A stretch of DNA of 64,000 nucleotides from Macrostomum lignano. Taxonomy: Eukaryota. The translations under genes were made by a program, and so were the position numbers. The stretch covers positions 1 through 64,000 of the forward strand of contig NIVC01001654.1 of the NCBI GenBank assembly GCA_002269645.1, read 5' to 3'. Positions 1 to 13,462 of this stretch are shown here, piece by piece (position 1 is the first letter of the stretch; every line of letters starts with the position of its first letter). Under the pieces are notes generated by a model. The model searched no databases, was not told the origin of the DNA, and saw nothing but the letters and a program-made list of their open reading frames with translations.

Positions 1-145
1 CAATGAATGGTAAAAGTCAACGGGATGAAGCAATTTAATTTGATGCTTATCCTGGATAATAGCTTATTTTTGTAGTATCTGTAAAAAATGTGTGACGCAA
101 AGTGTTGCAATATAAAGTATACAAACAAACTGATTCAATTTTCAG

Positions 146-2697
146 ACTGCGTACAGCTTTGGAAGCCGTGACGATGCGCTCTTCTGCGGCGACTCTGCTC
201 CTGCTTCTTAACTCTAACGTTGAACTAACACGCGTCAATGATTGTCTCAACAAGAACGAACTCAGTCTGTGACTCATCACGGTTCGCTCAGACGTCGTCT
301 GTAAGTCGCGAAGTTTGCAGTGCCTGAAGCTTCTGATATCCAATTCGGACCCGACTGTCTGTTAAACAGAAACAAATCGAGTGAAACCGCGGTGCATTTG
401 ACTGCTATGCACCAGGAAAACCTGTGATGAAACTAATTCTAGAAGCTCTTGGCCGTGACTGCTTCAAGGACACAGCATCTAACGGTCGAATGGTGACTCA
501 CTATGCTGCTACGAATGAGACAAGTAACTCATCGCTAAAGTGGCTTGTTGCCGAGTTTGGACGCGACTGTCTCTTAGTACCCGATAAAGAAGGAAGCACA
601 GTCGTTCATCTTGCCGCAGAGTATCAAGGTGTCGACTCCATGGAACTGATGAACAGAGAGCTCGAAACCGACTGCTTCAAGAGTTAAAGGATCCCAGAAT
701 CGAACGGTAGTTCACTATGCCGCCGGAAACAAATTTAGCGATGCACCGCTTCGTTGGCTGGTGAAAAAGTTTGGACCAAGCTGTATCAAATTTCCAGATA
801 AACATGGTGTCACGCCTATCCATCTAGTTACATTAAACTCCAGAAGCACGAGTAGTATGACGCTTAATTGGCTAGTTTCTGTCGGCGGCCCGGACTGTCT
901 CACTATTCCTGACAATGAGGGAAACACACCTGTCCATCTCGCTGCAGAGTTTCACAACATCGAATCCATGAAATTCATAAAGAAAATACTCGGACCAGAA
1001 TGCTTTAGAAGAATTGGTTTTTGGCAAAGAACACCCATTCACTGCGCTGCCGCAAACAGTAACTGCAGTGCCCTGCTTGGATGGCTCATAAAAGAATGCG
1101 GACACGACTGTCTGATGTGTCAGGACAAAGACGGAAACACGCCTGTCCATCGCGCTGCATGCTTTCAGCCAGTTAAATCATTGAAGTTGCTGGCTGACCA
1201 AATCGGGCCGAAATTTTCTCGCTTAAGAACGCTTCTGGAAAAACAATAGCCGATTTTGTAAACCAGGACTTAGATGAAGACCGAAAACTACAAAAGCAGA
1301 GTTGGATCTCGAGCCAACTGACGCCAGAGAGACAACTAAACCTGAGGCATCCGGAAGTCAGAATGACGGCATCGGTAGAATCCTTGGGTGGCTCAAGTGG
1401 GTAAGCAACTGCAGCATATTTGTAGCATATTAGAAATCTATTACCGATCATCTTTGGGAGCAGCTCGCGTAAACGTGTCTGAGTCTTGGGGTTGTCCAAC
1501 AATTCATTCCCATATAGTCCGACCCCTTTGAGGCACAGAGAGTGTACGTGCCTGACCATTCGAGATGGTACATCCTGTGTGATGTTTGTTATGTTTTGTT
1601 ATGACTTGCATGTACTGCATCCTGTGACTAGCCATCAAGTTCCCCACTGCATTTAAAACTGTGTCCATTCATTTCACTCTGGAAACAAGCAGCAGAGCTG
1701 GCGGAAAACCATTTCGCGAGAAATGGGAAAATAAGCAGCTCCTCGGCAGGGGCGGTTTCGGCGACGTCCACAAAGTGCTCACCGACACGGGCGTCACGTG
1801 CGCTGCCAAAACTCTCAGACTGCCATTGCAGCTCGGAGATCAACTGGACTCTAAGGCTAGAAAGGTTGACTCAGTTGTTGAGAGCGAGAAAAACCTGTGC
1901 CAACTGCAGCATCCCAACATCGTCAGGTTCTTGTACATCACTCAGCCGGAGCCTGCAACAGTTGTTGTCTTTATGGAGTTGTGACTGCTGGACGGCCACA
2001 CTTTAGAGAATTTCATCGACGAGAAGCCGATAGATGAAGAGAAAATTCGACACTTTAGCAAGCAAGTGAGTTCACTTGAATTTGTCTCGAGTGCACTTCT
2101 GAAATATAGTACATATACTTACTTCAGTTGGAAAACAGAACTCCTGAAGTTCTCTCAGAATTTCACTGACCAACCGCTCTTACCTGGTAGATCTGCAGCG
2201 CGCTGCTCTACCTGCACAGCCAGCAGCCGCCCGTGATCCACAGAGACATCAACTGCACCAACATAATTGTCCTTGCCGACGGAACTGATCGACTTAAGCT
2301 GATCGACTTCGGCCTGTCAATCAAGCTGGAGCAGTCAGTCAGCCACATCTCAGCCTCCACTTCGCCAAAGGGCACTCTAAACTTCATGACGCCAGAGCTG
2401 CTCGGAGAAGGTGAGTCGGAAAGCGTGCAGTACAGCAGAGAGTCGGACATCTGGGCGTTCGGCTGCTCGGTCTACCAGATGGCCATCGGAGCGAGGCCCT
2501 TTGCCACCGCCAAGAACTTGCTTCAATTGGTTCGCCTGCTAGACCAAAACGGAGCCCCCCTACTGCAGACGGGGCAGCAGAGCTGCTCACAAGAGCTGCT
2601 AGATTTCTATTCCCTGTGCACCGCTAAAGATCGCAAAGCCAGAATATCGGCAGAGGCACTGATGAAGCACAATTTTTTGACTCGTTCCTGTGACTAA
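146..2697 (+). pseudogene. Ankyrin-repeat + Ser/Thr protein kinase gene (MEKK/STE-like), disrupted in this sequence; 5' part probably lies upstream of the window
   Basis: Acceptor ttttcag ends at 145. Recurrent ankyrin units (G-x-DCL...D.EG.TPVHLAA) run from ~340 to ~1250 in several frames, joined by 1-nt shifts near 340, 420, 681 and 1212. Donor gtaagc at 1401. Kinase N-lobe: GRGGFG, CAAK, HPNIV (ORF 1661-1984), with an in-frame TGA at 1982-1984 followed by LLDGHTLENF. Intron 2066-2190 (gtgag...tag, phase 0). C-lobe: HRDINCTN, DFG, GTLNFMTPE, SDIWAFG; stop at 2697. Confidence 0.75.
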
Positions 2698-3107
2698 ATC
2701 TAATGCTCTAGTTTAGAAGCTTATAAAACATGCATGTTTTGACTGGCTCGAGAGCACTACGGTTATAGAAAGTGCTGAACGTTGGTGGCATAAGCAACAG
2801 CCATCACAACAAGAGTGCCACTCATTATATTATGATTAAGTAATTAAAATTACTAAAATTATTGTAGTTAGAGCAATGTTTTATTCAATTTAGGCTTACT
2901 AAAATAGGTATGTACAAAAAATACAAAAAAGTGCACGCTTGCATGAAGCTTACCCTACCTTGTTTATGCCATTTTATCCATAAATTTCTTGCTATCAAAC
3001 CCTTTTTAAATTGCATCTTTTAAAGTGAATTCTCGACCAAAAAAGTTTTTGTCCAGTTTTGTACAATTTTAAGTGTTCTCAAGTTTTTAGTCTAAGGAAA
3101 CTTTCTA

Positions 3108-3847
3108 GCGCCCCTGGTGCTGGCGCCCCTGGTGCTGGCGCCCTTGGTGCTGGCGCCCCTGGTACTGGCGCCCCTGGTGCTGGCGCCCCTGGTGCTGGCG
3201 CCCCTGGTGCTGGCGCCCCTGGTGCTGGCACCCCTGGTGCTGGCGCCCCTTGTGCTAAAGCCCCTGGTGCTAAAGCCCCTGGTGTTGGCGCCCCTGGTGC
3301 TGGCGCCCCTGGTGCTGGCGCCCCTGGTGCTGGCGCCCCTGGTGCTAAAGCCCCTGATGCTAAAGCCCCTGGTGCTAAAGCCCCTGGTGCTAAAGCCCCT
3401 GGTGCTAAAGTCCCTGGTGCTAAAGCCCCTGGTGCTAAAGCCCCTGGTGCTAAAGCCCCTGGTGCTAAAGCCCCTGGTGCTAAAGCCCCTGGTGCTAAAG
3501 CCCCTGGTGCTAAAGCCCCTGGTGCTAAAGCCCCTGGTGCTAAAGCCCCTGGTGCTAAAGCCCCTGGTGCTAAAGCCCCTGGTGCTAAAGCCCCTGGTGC
3601 TAAAGCCCCTGGTGCTAAAGCCCCTGGTGCTAAAGCCCCTGGTGCTAAAGCCCCTGGTGCTAAAGCCCCTGGTGCTAAAGCCCCTGGTGCTAAAGTCCCT
3701 GGTGCTAAAGCCCCTGGTGCTAAAGCCCCTGGTGCTAAAGCCCCTGGTGCTAAAGCCCCTTGGTGCTAAAGCCCCTGGTGCTAAAGCCCCCGGTGCTAAA
3801 CCCCTGGTGCTAAAGCCCCTGGTGCTAAAGCCCCTGGTGCTAAAGCC
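3108..3847. repeat. 15-bp minisatellite GCCCCTGGTGCT(GGC/AAA)
   Basis: About 49 head-to-tail units; GGC-type units at the left and AAA-type at the right. Same family as 17500-17730 in the opposite orientation. Confidence 0.95.
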
Positions 3848-4298
3848 GGGACCATGAGATTTCTCTACCGTACATTGCATAGCATGAATTACATGCTGAT
3901 GCATGCACGCTGGGAGTTGCGATACTTTTTTCTATTACTTTATCTAAATAAACAATGTCAAAGATTTATCAGCTATTCTTGTTTTTCAAACGGAGGTACC
4001 ATGTGTATGCTGAACCTCACGCTCTCAGTTTGACCTTTGAGTAAGTATAAAATACTAAAAACAACAGATTAAAAATGATATTCAACTTTGGACATTAGTC
4101 GCACGAATTAAAACAAATGAAATGATTTGTGCTGTTTACAATTATTGAATCAGCAAAGAATGAAAGGCCTCCAGGGTTGTCTGTTCATATTTCAAAGTTC
4201 AAAGAACTTTTGAAGTTAACTGTGCCCACAGGGCGCACGCACGCGCCTCGCATCGTACAGTTCGTCTCAAGGCTTCACGCAGTCTTGCTCAGGGGTTC

Positions 4299-5374
4299 TT
4301 CACCAGCTCGAAACGTCACCAGCTCGAAACTTCACCAGCTCGAAACTTCACCAGCTCGAAGCTTCACAAGATCGAAAGTTCACAAGCTCGAACCTTCACA
4401 AGCTCGAAGCTTCACAAGCTCAAACCTTCACAAGATCGAAGCTTCACAAGCTCGAAAGTTCACAAGCTCGAACCTTCACAAGCTCGAAGCTTCACAAGCT
4501 CAAAAGTTCACAAGCTCGAACCTTCACAAGCTCAAACCTTCACAAGATCGAAACTTCACAAGCTCGAAGCTTCACAAGCTCGAAAGTTCACAAGCTCGAA
4601 GCTTCACAAGCTCGAACCTTCACAAGCTCGAACCTTCACAAGCTCGAAGCTTCACAAGCTCGAAAGTTCACAAGATCGAAAGTTCACAAGCTCGAAGCTT
4701 CACAAGCTCGAACCTTCACAAGATCGAAAGCTCACAAGCTCGAAGCTTCACAAGCTCGAACCTTCACAAGATCGAAAGTTCACAAGCTCGAAGCTTCACA
4801 AGCTCGAACCTTCACAAGCTCGAAAGTTCACAAGATCGAAACTTCACAAGCTCGAAAGTTCACAAGCTCGAAGCTTCACAAGCTCGAAGCTTCACAAGCT
4901 CGAAGCTTCACAAGCTCGAAAGTTCACAAGCTCGAACCTTCACAAGCTCGAACCTTCACAAGATCGAAGCTTCACAAGCTCGAAGCTTCACAAGCTCGAA
5001 GCTTCACAAGCTCAAAAGTTCACAAGCTCGAAAGTTCACAAGCTCGAAGGTTCACAAGCTCGAAGCTTCACAAGCTCAAAAGTTCACAAGCTCGAACCTT
5101 CACAAGCTCGAAGCTTCACAAGCTCGAAAGTTCACAAGCTCGAAAGTTCACAAGCTCGAACCTTCACAAGATCGAAGCTTCACAAGCTCGAAGCTTCACA
5201 AGCTCGAAAGTTCACAAGCTCGAAAGTTCACAAGCTCGAACCTTCACAAGATCGAAGCTTCACAAGCTCGAAGCTTCACAAGCTCGAAAGTTCACAAGCT
5301 CGAAAGTTCACAAGCTCGAACCTTCACAAGATCGAAGCTTCACAAGCTCGAAGCTTCACAAGCTCAAAACTTCA
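4299..5374. repeat. 16-bp minisatellite CTTCACAAGCTCGAAG and variants
   Basis: Tandem units; a 3x16-bp period explains the 16-aa repeat in ORF 4129-5412. Confidence 0.95.
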
Positions 5375-5907
5375 AAATCTCTGGAACTAGAAAGTTTGAA
5401 ATTTTTTATTAGTTAGTTACTTTTTAAGTGTTCTTTCTGGGTGCGAGTTAGTTAGTACCGAAGGAATTATCGCTCCCAAAATTCAGATTTGCCTGGACTT
5501 TGGTCCGAGTTCAACATTTTCCAGTGGTCCAGCGAACGTGTGATCTAAAAATAGCTCAGTTTGTTCTTGGAAACCCCATGCGGGAAAGACAAAGTAACCA
5601 GTACGGCCTAACGAGTTCCGGAGATCACGCCACCGCGGACCCGCCCGCAGATAAGTCAGTCTGCCTCAACCTTCCAAAAGCCCTTCTTTCTGAGAAATGT
5701 ACGGGCCGATTTTTGTGTGGACTGGGGGTGAGGCGGAACGAAAACCCCACACGCTCAACCCCGCCACAAATCGGGGCGTGCCGTGAACTGCAAAGCCCAG
5801 TCCAAGGAGACGTTGAACAAAAATCTGGACCAAACTTACTCATTGTCGGACACTTGCCAGACGCTAAAAATGGTTCGTGACAATCGACGCTAGTGACTTG
5901 ACTTTGT

Positions 5908-6520
5908 ACTGTCAGTGACATTTGACTGTCAGTGACATTTGACTGTCAGTGACATTTGACTGTCAGTGACATTTGACTATCAATGACATTTGACTGTCAG
6001 GGACATTTGACTATCAGTGACATTTGACTGTCAGTGACATTTGACTGTCAGGGACATTTGACTATCAGTGACATTTGACTGTCAGGGACATTTGACTGTC
6101 AGTGACATTTGACTGTCAGTGACATTTGACTATCAGTGACATTTGACTGTCAGTGACATTTGACTGTCAGGGACATTTGACTGTCAGTGACATTTGATTG
6201 TCAGGGACATTTGACTATCTGTGACATTTGACTGCCAGTGATCTTTGACTGTCAGTGACATTTGACTGTCAGTGACATTTGATTGTCAGGGACATTTGAC
6301 TATCTGTGACATTTGACTGCCAGTGATCTTTGACTGTCAGTGACATTTGATTGTCAGGGACATTTGACTATCTGTGACATTTTACTGCCAGTGATCTTTG
6401 ACTGTCAGTGACATTTGACTGTCAGTGACATTTGACTGTCAGTGACATTTGACTGTCAGTGACATCCGACTGCCAGTGATATTTGAATTTGACTGTCAGT
6501 CTGTCAATGACATTTGACAT
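5908..6520. repeat. 17-bp minisatellite GACATTTGACTGTCAGT
   Basis: Tandem units with a near-palindromic ACTGTCAGT core. Confidence 0.95.
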
Positions 6521-7197
6521 TTGAAATCAAAATATATTTTACCAAGATGCAGAGAATTTTTAATTAGCTTAGAAATGAGACCAAGTTCAGAGAAATTGTT
6601 TCAACAAAAATCAAAAGAGGTTGCCAGTGTGTTAAGTGGGTTGGCTAGGCTATAGATGTAAAACTTACAGAACTGCATTCAGTCAAGCACTATTAGTATT
6701 AGTAAGTGCCTGAAATAGTAGTACTTGATGGTACAGAGTTTCCACTCCAGATACTCCGCAGTCAAGGCCTCCTTGGCCTTGGCCCCAATAAATGAATGAA
6801 TCAAAAGCGTTCCCACTGCACTGGCCGGGCCGCAACCCCACCTCCTTCTTGTACGCAAGGCAGCGCCCCAGGCCGAGTGAAGTTTCATTTCGTGAAATGC
6901 ACACACACAACAAGACGTCTGAAGCCAGTGCAGCCCAGCCCCCCCCCCCATTCGTTCTTTCACCCAGCATTAACTACCCCCACCCCAACCCCATTTATTG
7001 CATACTTTGGCCGGTTCAAAAACGCCGACCCGAACCCCCAGCCTGCCCCCTCTGAATTAGCCGTAACTTGCTAAGTAAAGTTGTTAGCGATATTCTATTC
7101 TAGTTGCAAATAGACTTCTTTATTTACTGCAGAATATCTGTCCTTTTCTAATAACCAGCTTACTAAGCAAGCATTTACACCGTCACAGAGTTGCAAT

Positions 7198-10100
7198 ATG
7201 GAGTCGATGTACAACAGCTTCAAAGAGTGGCACGACCGGACCATGTCCCTCGGAGACCCCCGGCTCGACGGCTGGTTCCTGATGGACTCGCCCGTGCCTT
7301 CAACGCTCCTGTCGATTCTCTACGTCGTGCTGGTGCTGGCTGGTATGCGCTGGATGAAGGGTCGGGCTCCCTTTGACCTCCGGCCGCTCATGGTGGTGTA
7401 CAACCTGTCTATGGTGGTGTTCTCCGCTTGGCTGGTGTACGAGTTCTGCGTGTCCGGATGGCTGACCGGCTACAGTCTGGGCTGTCAGCCAGTTGACTTC
7501 AGCCGGTCTCCGAAAGCAATCCGCATGGCCAAGACTTGCTGGTGGTTTTATTTCAGCAAGTTCATCGAGATGTTAGACACGTTCTTCTTTGTACTTCGAG
7601 GCCGATTCGAACTTGTGACGTTTCTGCACGTTTTTCACCACGCGGTGCTGCCCCCTGCCTGGTGGTGGGGCGTCAAGTTTGTTCCAGGTGAGACTTTGAG
7701 TAAAACTTTCGCTTTTGAAAACTTATTTACGCTACATATCGGCTCCAACTAATTTTTGGTATTAATCTAATAACCTCCAAAAGTGATAGTGATACGATTT
7801 TTTGCCCTTGAACTCTGTTCTCAAAAAGTGTGTGCCAGCAAGTTGATGAGTGGTCTGATTGCTAATTGTAAGTTCTTCCTCCTCTCTCTTATCAGTTGGG
7901 TTTCCTTTCCTCTGTCTATAAAGAAATTGCTTGTGTCACACTTGGCAGCAGTTTTTTAAACAAACCGAAGATATGTCCAGATCTGGTTGGGCGACAGGAC
8001 AGGCTGACAGGAGACAGACAGCAGGCGATTCTCTAATCATTTGTTTGTGAAGTTGATTGATAACCCAGGCTGACTAAATAAAGAGAGAATTTCTATTTAG
8101 CCACTGCCACAGTCGGCCATAGACAATAAAGCCATAGACAATAGACTATGGACATAGACAAAAGACCATAGACAATTTCAAAGTTAGAAATCGTTTTCGT
8201 TTAGTGCTGAAAACAAATCTGGAACTTTCTATTTTGTTAATAAAATTTGCAGTGACCTTCATTTGCCCATTACTCTGCTTTTCTGTTGGAATTTCAGAAG
8301 CGCAGACGTAAAACCAGTTTTTTTAGTCGAATTGGCTTGGCAAGAGCGGAGAGGTCGAACTCTAGAAATGCGAAACTCATCGTTTCTATTGTTCGAACTA
8401 GTTAGTTTCTTCTCCAAGAGTTTTTTGTTTCATTTTTCTTATTCAGCTCAGTCGTCTTTCTCTCCTCTCTGTCTTCTTATTTGCACTGTTTTCGGTTTGT
8501 TCACAAGCGCTTCAAGTTTTGTGTGAGCGTCTGTAGAATTCTTAGAATTTTAACGTTCGCTCGTATAGTTACACAAGCCCAATAGTTTAAATCGAAGTGA
8601 AATTTGTTATAAATCTATCGCAATTAAATCTATCGTAAACAACCTTATTTCTAACAAATATTTATATTAAATCAACGGAAGTAAGCGTAACATGCAAACG
8701 TTGTATTAACTCCAACAACAGCGCCAGAGTTTCCATTCCGATCTTCTTCAAACAAAGATAAAGTTATAGTTTAAAGCAAGCTGAACAAATGAACGCATTA
8801 ACATTGTTAAGAGACTTTTTTGTAATATCTAGCTCTCCAGTTCTGGGGGGGGGGCCTGAGTGCACACCACCCCGTCGCTTGTCCAACTGGAATTCTCTTG
8901 CCCCAGCGCGCCCAGAACTCGCTATTGTTTCAATTTGTCAATTTGTTTGAAGTTTGCGCTCACTCGCTTGCGTGCCCGCCAGCCTGCCCGGCCCCGCCCG
9001 GTAAACTCGCAGGCAGTCATGGACAATTCAAGCTGGCTATCTGGATTGGAAATTGAGCGGTGATCATAGCTGGTGTTTTTTTCTTCACAGTATGCTAATT
9101 TTTAGAAAATGAGCACTGCTCATCTTTATGCAACCAGCCCGACCCTGGCGCAACGTAAGCATTGTGATTCATAAATAGATGTCACAGAGGAATTATTTAC
9201 CTTGCGTAGCAACAAGCAGTAACCGAGCAAAACACTTTATGTCCAGATCTGGTTGGGCGACAGATCTGGTTGGGCTGGCTGGAGACAGACAGGAGGCGAT
9301 TCTTTAATCATTTGTTTGTGAAGTTGATTGATAACACAAGCTAACAAAGTAAAGAGAATTTCTATTTAGCCACTGCCACAGTAGTCGGCCATAGACAATA
9401 AAGCCATAGAAAATAGACTATGCACATAGACAAAAGACCATAGACAAAAAAGTCAATCAAGATCAAGCGACAGCTCGTAAGCTGTGCTCTCCCACAAAAG
9501 GCAAGCCAAGCCAGCTGTAAAAGGGCCCTGTTCTCAGGTTAAAATAATATCAAGCAGAGAATTACAAAGCCATTCTGCTCATCTTGGTGCAACCAGCCCG
9601 ACCCTGGGCGCAACATAAACATTGTGATTCATAAATAGATGTCACAGGGGAATTATTTACCTTGGTTAGCAATAATCAGTAACTAAGCAAACGCGTTATC
9701 ACCTCTCCATTTTAAAACCAGGTGGTTTCGGAAGCTTCGCAGCCATGCTGAACTCTGTGGTGCACACGGTGATGTACCTGTACTATGGCCTGGCCGCCAT
9801 GGGCCCCAGCGTGCAGCCCTACCTGTGGTGGAAGCGGTACCTCACCAAATTCCAGATGGTGCAATTCGTCACCATGGTGGTGCACGGAATGCAGCTGTAC
9901 TTTATCGAGTGCAACTATCCGAAGGCGTTTGCCAACGCTATCATGTGCTTCGCTTGCATCTTCTTTGTGCTGTTTGCCAACTTCTATATTCAGGTGAGTC
10001 GGTTGAAGTGCTTTTTGCGTTCAACAACTTAATGCTGACAAATTGGCTTTAGCTAGTAACTAGCAATCTATAGTGCGGCCCAGGGGCGTAGCCAGAAGGG

Positions 10101-13100
10101 GGGCAAGGGGGGCCGCGGCCCCCCCCCCCAATCACCAACTCTGGCCTTTGGCGCCCCCCCCCCCAGAACTGCGCTTTGTCGCCCATTTGAAAATGCTGCC
10201 GCTTTTCTGGCGCCCCCATAAATAAACTGCTCCCCCCCTAAAAAAACTGCCCCCCCCCTATAAGAAACTGGCGCCCCCCCCCTATAGAAACTGGCGCCCC
10301 CCTAAAAGAAACTGGCGCCCCCCCCCCCTATAGAAACTGGCGCCCCCCCTATAGAAACTGGCGCCCCCCCCCTATAAGAAACCGCCGCCCCCCTATAAGA
10401 AACTGGCGCCCCCCCCCTATAGAAACTGGCGCCCCCCCTAAAAGAAACTGGCGCCCCCCCCCCTATAGAAACTGGCGCCCCCCCCCCTATAAGAAACCGC
10501 CGCCCCCCTATAGAAACTGGCGCCCCCCCCTATAAGAAACCGCCGCCCCCCTATAGAAACTGGCGCCCCCCCCCTATAAGAAACCGCCGCCCCCCCTATA
10601 AGAAACTGGCGCCCCCCCCTATAGAAACTGGCGCCCCCCTAAAAGAAACTGGCGCCCCCCCCCCTATAGAAACTGGCGCCCCCCCTAAAAGAAACTGGCG
10701 CCCCCCCCTATAGAAACTGGCGCCCCCCCTAAAAGAAACTGGCGCCCCCCCCTATAAGAAACCGCCGCCCCCCCTATAGAAACTGGCGCCCCCCTAAAAG
10801 AAACTGGCGCCCCCCCCCCTATAAGAAACCGCCGCCCCCCTATAGAAACTGGCGCCCCCCTAAAAGAAACTGGCGCCCCCCTTTATAAGAAACTGGCGCC
10901 CCCTAACTCACGCCCCCCTCCCAATCAATATTCCTGGCTACGCCCCTGATAGTGCCCCCATTCAGTACGCCCAATAATCAAAGAGCAAAAATTATTCATG
11001 TAAATCAATTAAAAAAGCACATTTCCTTAAGAACCGATTCCTTCTTCAGTTTTATAAATCACCTTATTCGAATAAACTTGTCACGGGCAAAGATGTTTGC
11101 TATGAATCTCTGTTTTCTATGAGTAACAAAGGAAATAAGGATAACCGAAATTCCACCCTAAATAGAAAACATCCCCAAGACAGCAAGCATCCCCCAGATA
11201 GCAAGCATCCCCAAGACAGCAAGCATCCCCCCAGATAGCAAGCATCCCCAAGACAGCAAGCATCCCCCCAGATGGCAAGTACACCCCCAAATACAATAGC
11301 AAGCACACCCCCAAATACAATAGCAAGCACACCTCCAAATACAATAGCAAGCACACCTCCAAATACAATAGCAAGCACACCTCCAAATACAATAGCAAGC
11401 ACACCCCCAAATACAATAGCAAGCACACCTCCAAATACAATAGCAAGCACACCCCCAAATACAATAGCAAGCACACCCCCAAATACAATAGCAAGCACAC
11501 CTCCAAATACAATAGCAAGCACACCTCCAAATACAATAGCAAGCACACCCCCAAATACATTAGCAAGCACACCCCCAAATACAATAGCAAGCACACCTCC
11601 AAATACAATAGCAAGCACACCTCCAAATACAATAGCAAGCACACCCCCAAATACAATAGCAAGCACACCCCCAAATACAATAGCAAGCACACCCCAAATA
11701 CAATAGCAAGCACACCTCCAAATACAATAGCAAGCACACCTCCAAATACAATAGCAAGCACACCTCCAAATACAATAGCAAGCACACCTCCAAATACAAT
11801 AGCAAGCACACCTCCAAATACAATAGCAAGCACACCTCCAAATACAATAGCAAGCACACCCCCAAATACAATAGCAAGCACACCTCCAAATACAATAGCA
11901 AGCACACCTCCAAATACAATAGCAAGCACACCTCCAAATACAATAGCAAGCACACCCCCAAATACAATAGCAAGCACACCCCCAAATACAATAGCAAGCA
12001 CACCCCAAATATAATAGCAAGCACACCCCCAAATACAATAAATAGCAAGCACACCCCCAAATACATTAGCAAGCACACCCCCAAATACATTAGCAAGCAC
12101 ACCCCCAAATACAATAGCAAGCACACCCCCAAATATAATAGCAAGCACACCCCAAATATAATAGCAAGCACACCCCAAATACAATAAATAGCAAGCACAC
12201 CCCCAAATACAATAGCAAGCACACCTCCAAATACAATAGCAAGCACACCCCCAAATACAATAGCAAGCACACCCCCAAATACAATAGCAAGCACCCCCCA
12301 AATACAATAGCAAGCACACCCCCAAATATAATAGCAAGCACACCCCCAAATACAATAAATAGCAAGCACACCCCAAATACAATAGCAAGCACACCCCAAA
12401 TATAATAGCAAGCACACCCCCAAATACAATAAATAGCAAGCACACCCCCAAATATAATAGCAAGCACACCCCCAAATACAATAAATAGCAAGCACACCCC
12501 CAAATACAATAGCAAGCACACCCCAAATACAATAGCAAGCACCCCCAAATACAATAGCAAGCACACCCCCAAATATAATAGCAAGCACACCCCCAAATAC
12601 AATAAATAGCAAGCACACCCCCAAATACCTTAGCAAGCACACCCCCAAATGCAATAGCAAGCACACCCCCAAATACAATAAATAGCAAGCACACCCCCAA
12701 ATACATTAGCAAGCACACCCCAAATACATTAGCAAGCACACCCCAAATACATTAGCAAGCACACCCCCAAATATCGTGCGATTCGCAGAGTTTGAGGCCG
12801 TTGAGGGCCAATCCCCCATGGCACAGAGGAGTGCTCAGTGCATGTACAGGAGTCACCGGAATAAACAGAATTCTTATCCTACGCATCGTGTCTGTTTGTC
12901 TCAGCTGACTCTCAATTTCAGTCTAGGCTCATCTATGTCACTTTCTTTGCTTCTGGACCTTCTCAGAATCCGGTACCTGTCCCCCCCCCCAACTCCCGCA
13001 GTCCTACCTCAAGCGCTCCGGTAGGCGAGGTGCCAAAACGCAGGAGGCCAATGGACACAAGTCTGCCGTTCCGGTTGCCAATGGTAACGGCAAGAGCAAC

Positions 13101-13181
13101 GGGCTGGCGAGTCACCACGAGAATGGCAACAGCAGCAGCAACGGCTACCACGGGGTGAAGCGGAGTCGCAAAGCCGATTAA
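7198..13181 (+). CDS. ELOVL: Very-long-chain fatty acid elongase, ELOVL1/7-like, copy a (313 aa; exons 7198-7687, 9722-9993, 13002-13181)
   Basis: KxxExxDT (KFIEMLDT), HxxHH (HVFHH), NxxxHxxMYxYY and TxxQxxQ motifs; GVKFVPGG and QPYLWWK typical of the ELOVL1/7 group. GT-AG introns keep frame (490+272+180 = 942 nt). C-terminus RSRKAD resembles a dibasic ER-retrieval signal. Confidence 0.95.
10081..10948. mobile_element. Non-autonomous TIR element (MITE-like) with an internal minisatellite, in ELOVL-a intron 2
   Basis: Left end CAGGGGCGTAGCCAG at 10081; right end CTGGCTACGCCCCTG ending at 10948 (inverted). Internal tandem array of AAGAAACTGGCGCCCCCCCCTAT-type units ~10240-10910. No clean TSD: ATAGTGC is present on both sides but offset on the left. 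Confidence 0.8.
11168..12772. repeat. Compound minisatellite: 18-19-bp CATCCCC(C)AAGACAGCAAG grading into 24-bp GCAAGCACACCCCCAAATACAATA
   Basis: Tandem units in ELOVL-a intron 2; source of the many minus-strand ORFs 11100-12739. Confidence 0.95.
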
Positions 13182-13462
13182 AACAAAAGAAGATAATTTA
13201 AAAAACGCTGCAAAATCTGTTTTGTTGAGTGTTTTGTTTAGATGGGAAACTCAAGTAGAAGGACGTTTGAACTTGTTGAAAATCTTGCAAGATATCATTG
13301 CCGCGGGCGTCCTTCTACTTTAAAAAGTTGACCATGTTTTTCATTTATCAATTTTTACTTTGGTTAATTAATATCTTACTGAAGTACTTTAGCAAGTTTT
13401 GTTGGAAAATATTTAATATTAGCCTAATTGCTTGCGTGTATTAGGTGACCCGTTTAATACGT

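Noticed and set aside
1982-1984. Selenocysteine or programmed readthrough at the kinase TGA
   Set aside because: The position is a 2-codon insertion in the kinase hinge; no SECIS recognised, and other lesions exist in the gene.
3059-3904. Elastin/silk-like (GAP/KAP)n ORFs
   Set aside because: All frames are open simply because the unit is 15 bp and stop-free; there is no ATG or splice context, and the same repeat lies antisense inside an ELOVL intron.
4129-5412. 427-aa Ser/Lys-rich ORF
   Set aside because: Translation of a 16-bp minisatellite cycling through frames; non-ATG start.
11100-12739. Multiple hydrophobic or Cys-rich minus-strand ORFs
   Set aside because: Products of the 24-bp intronic array.
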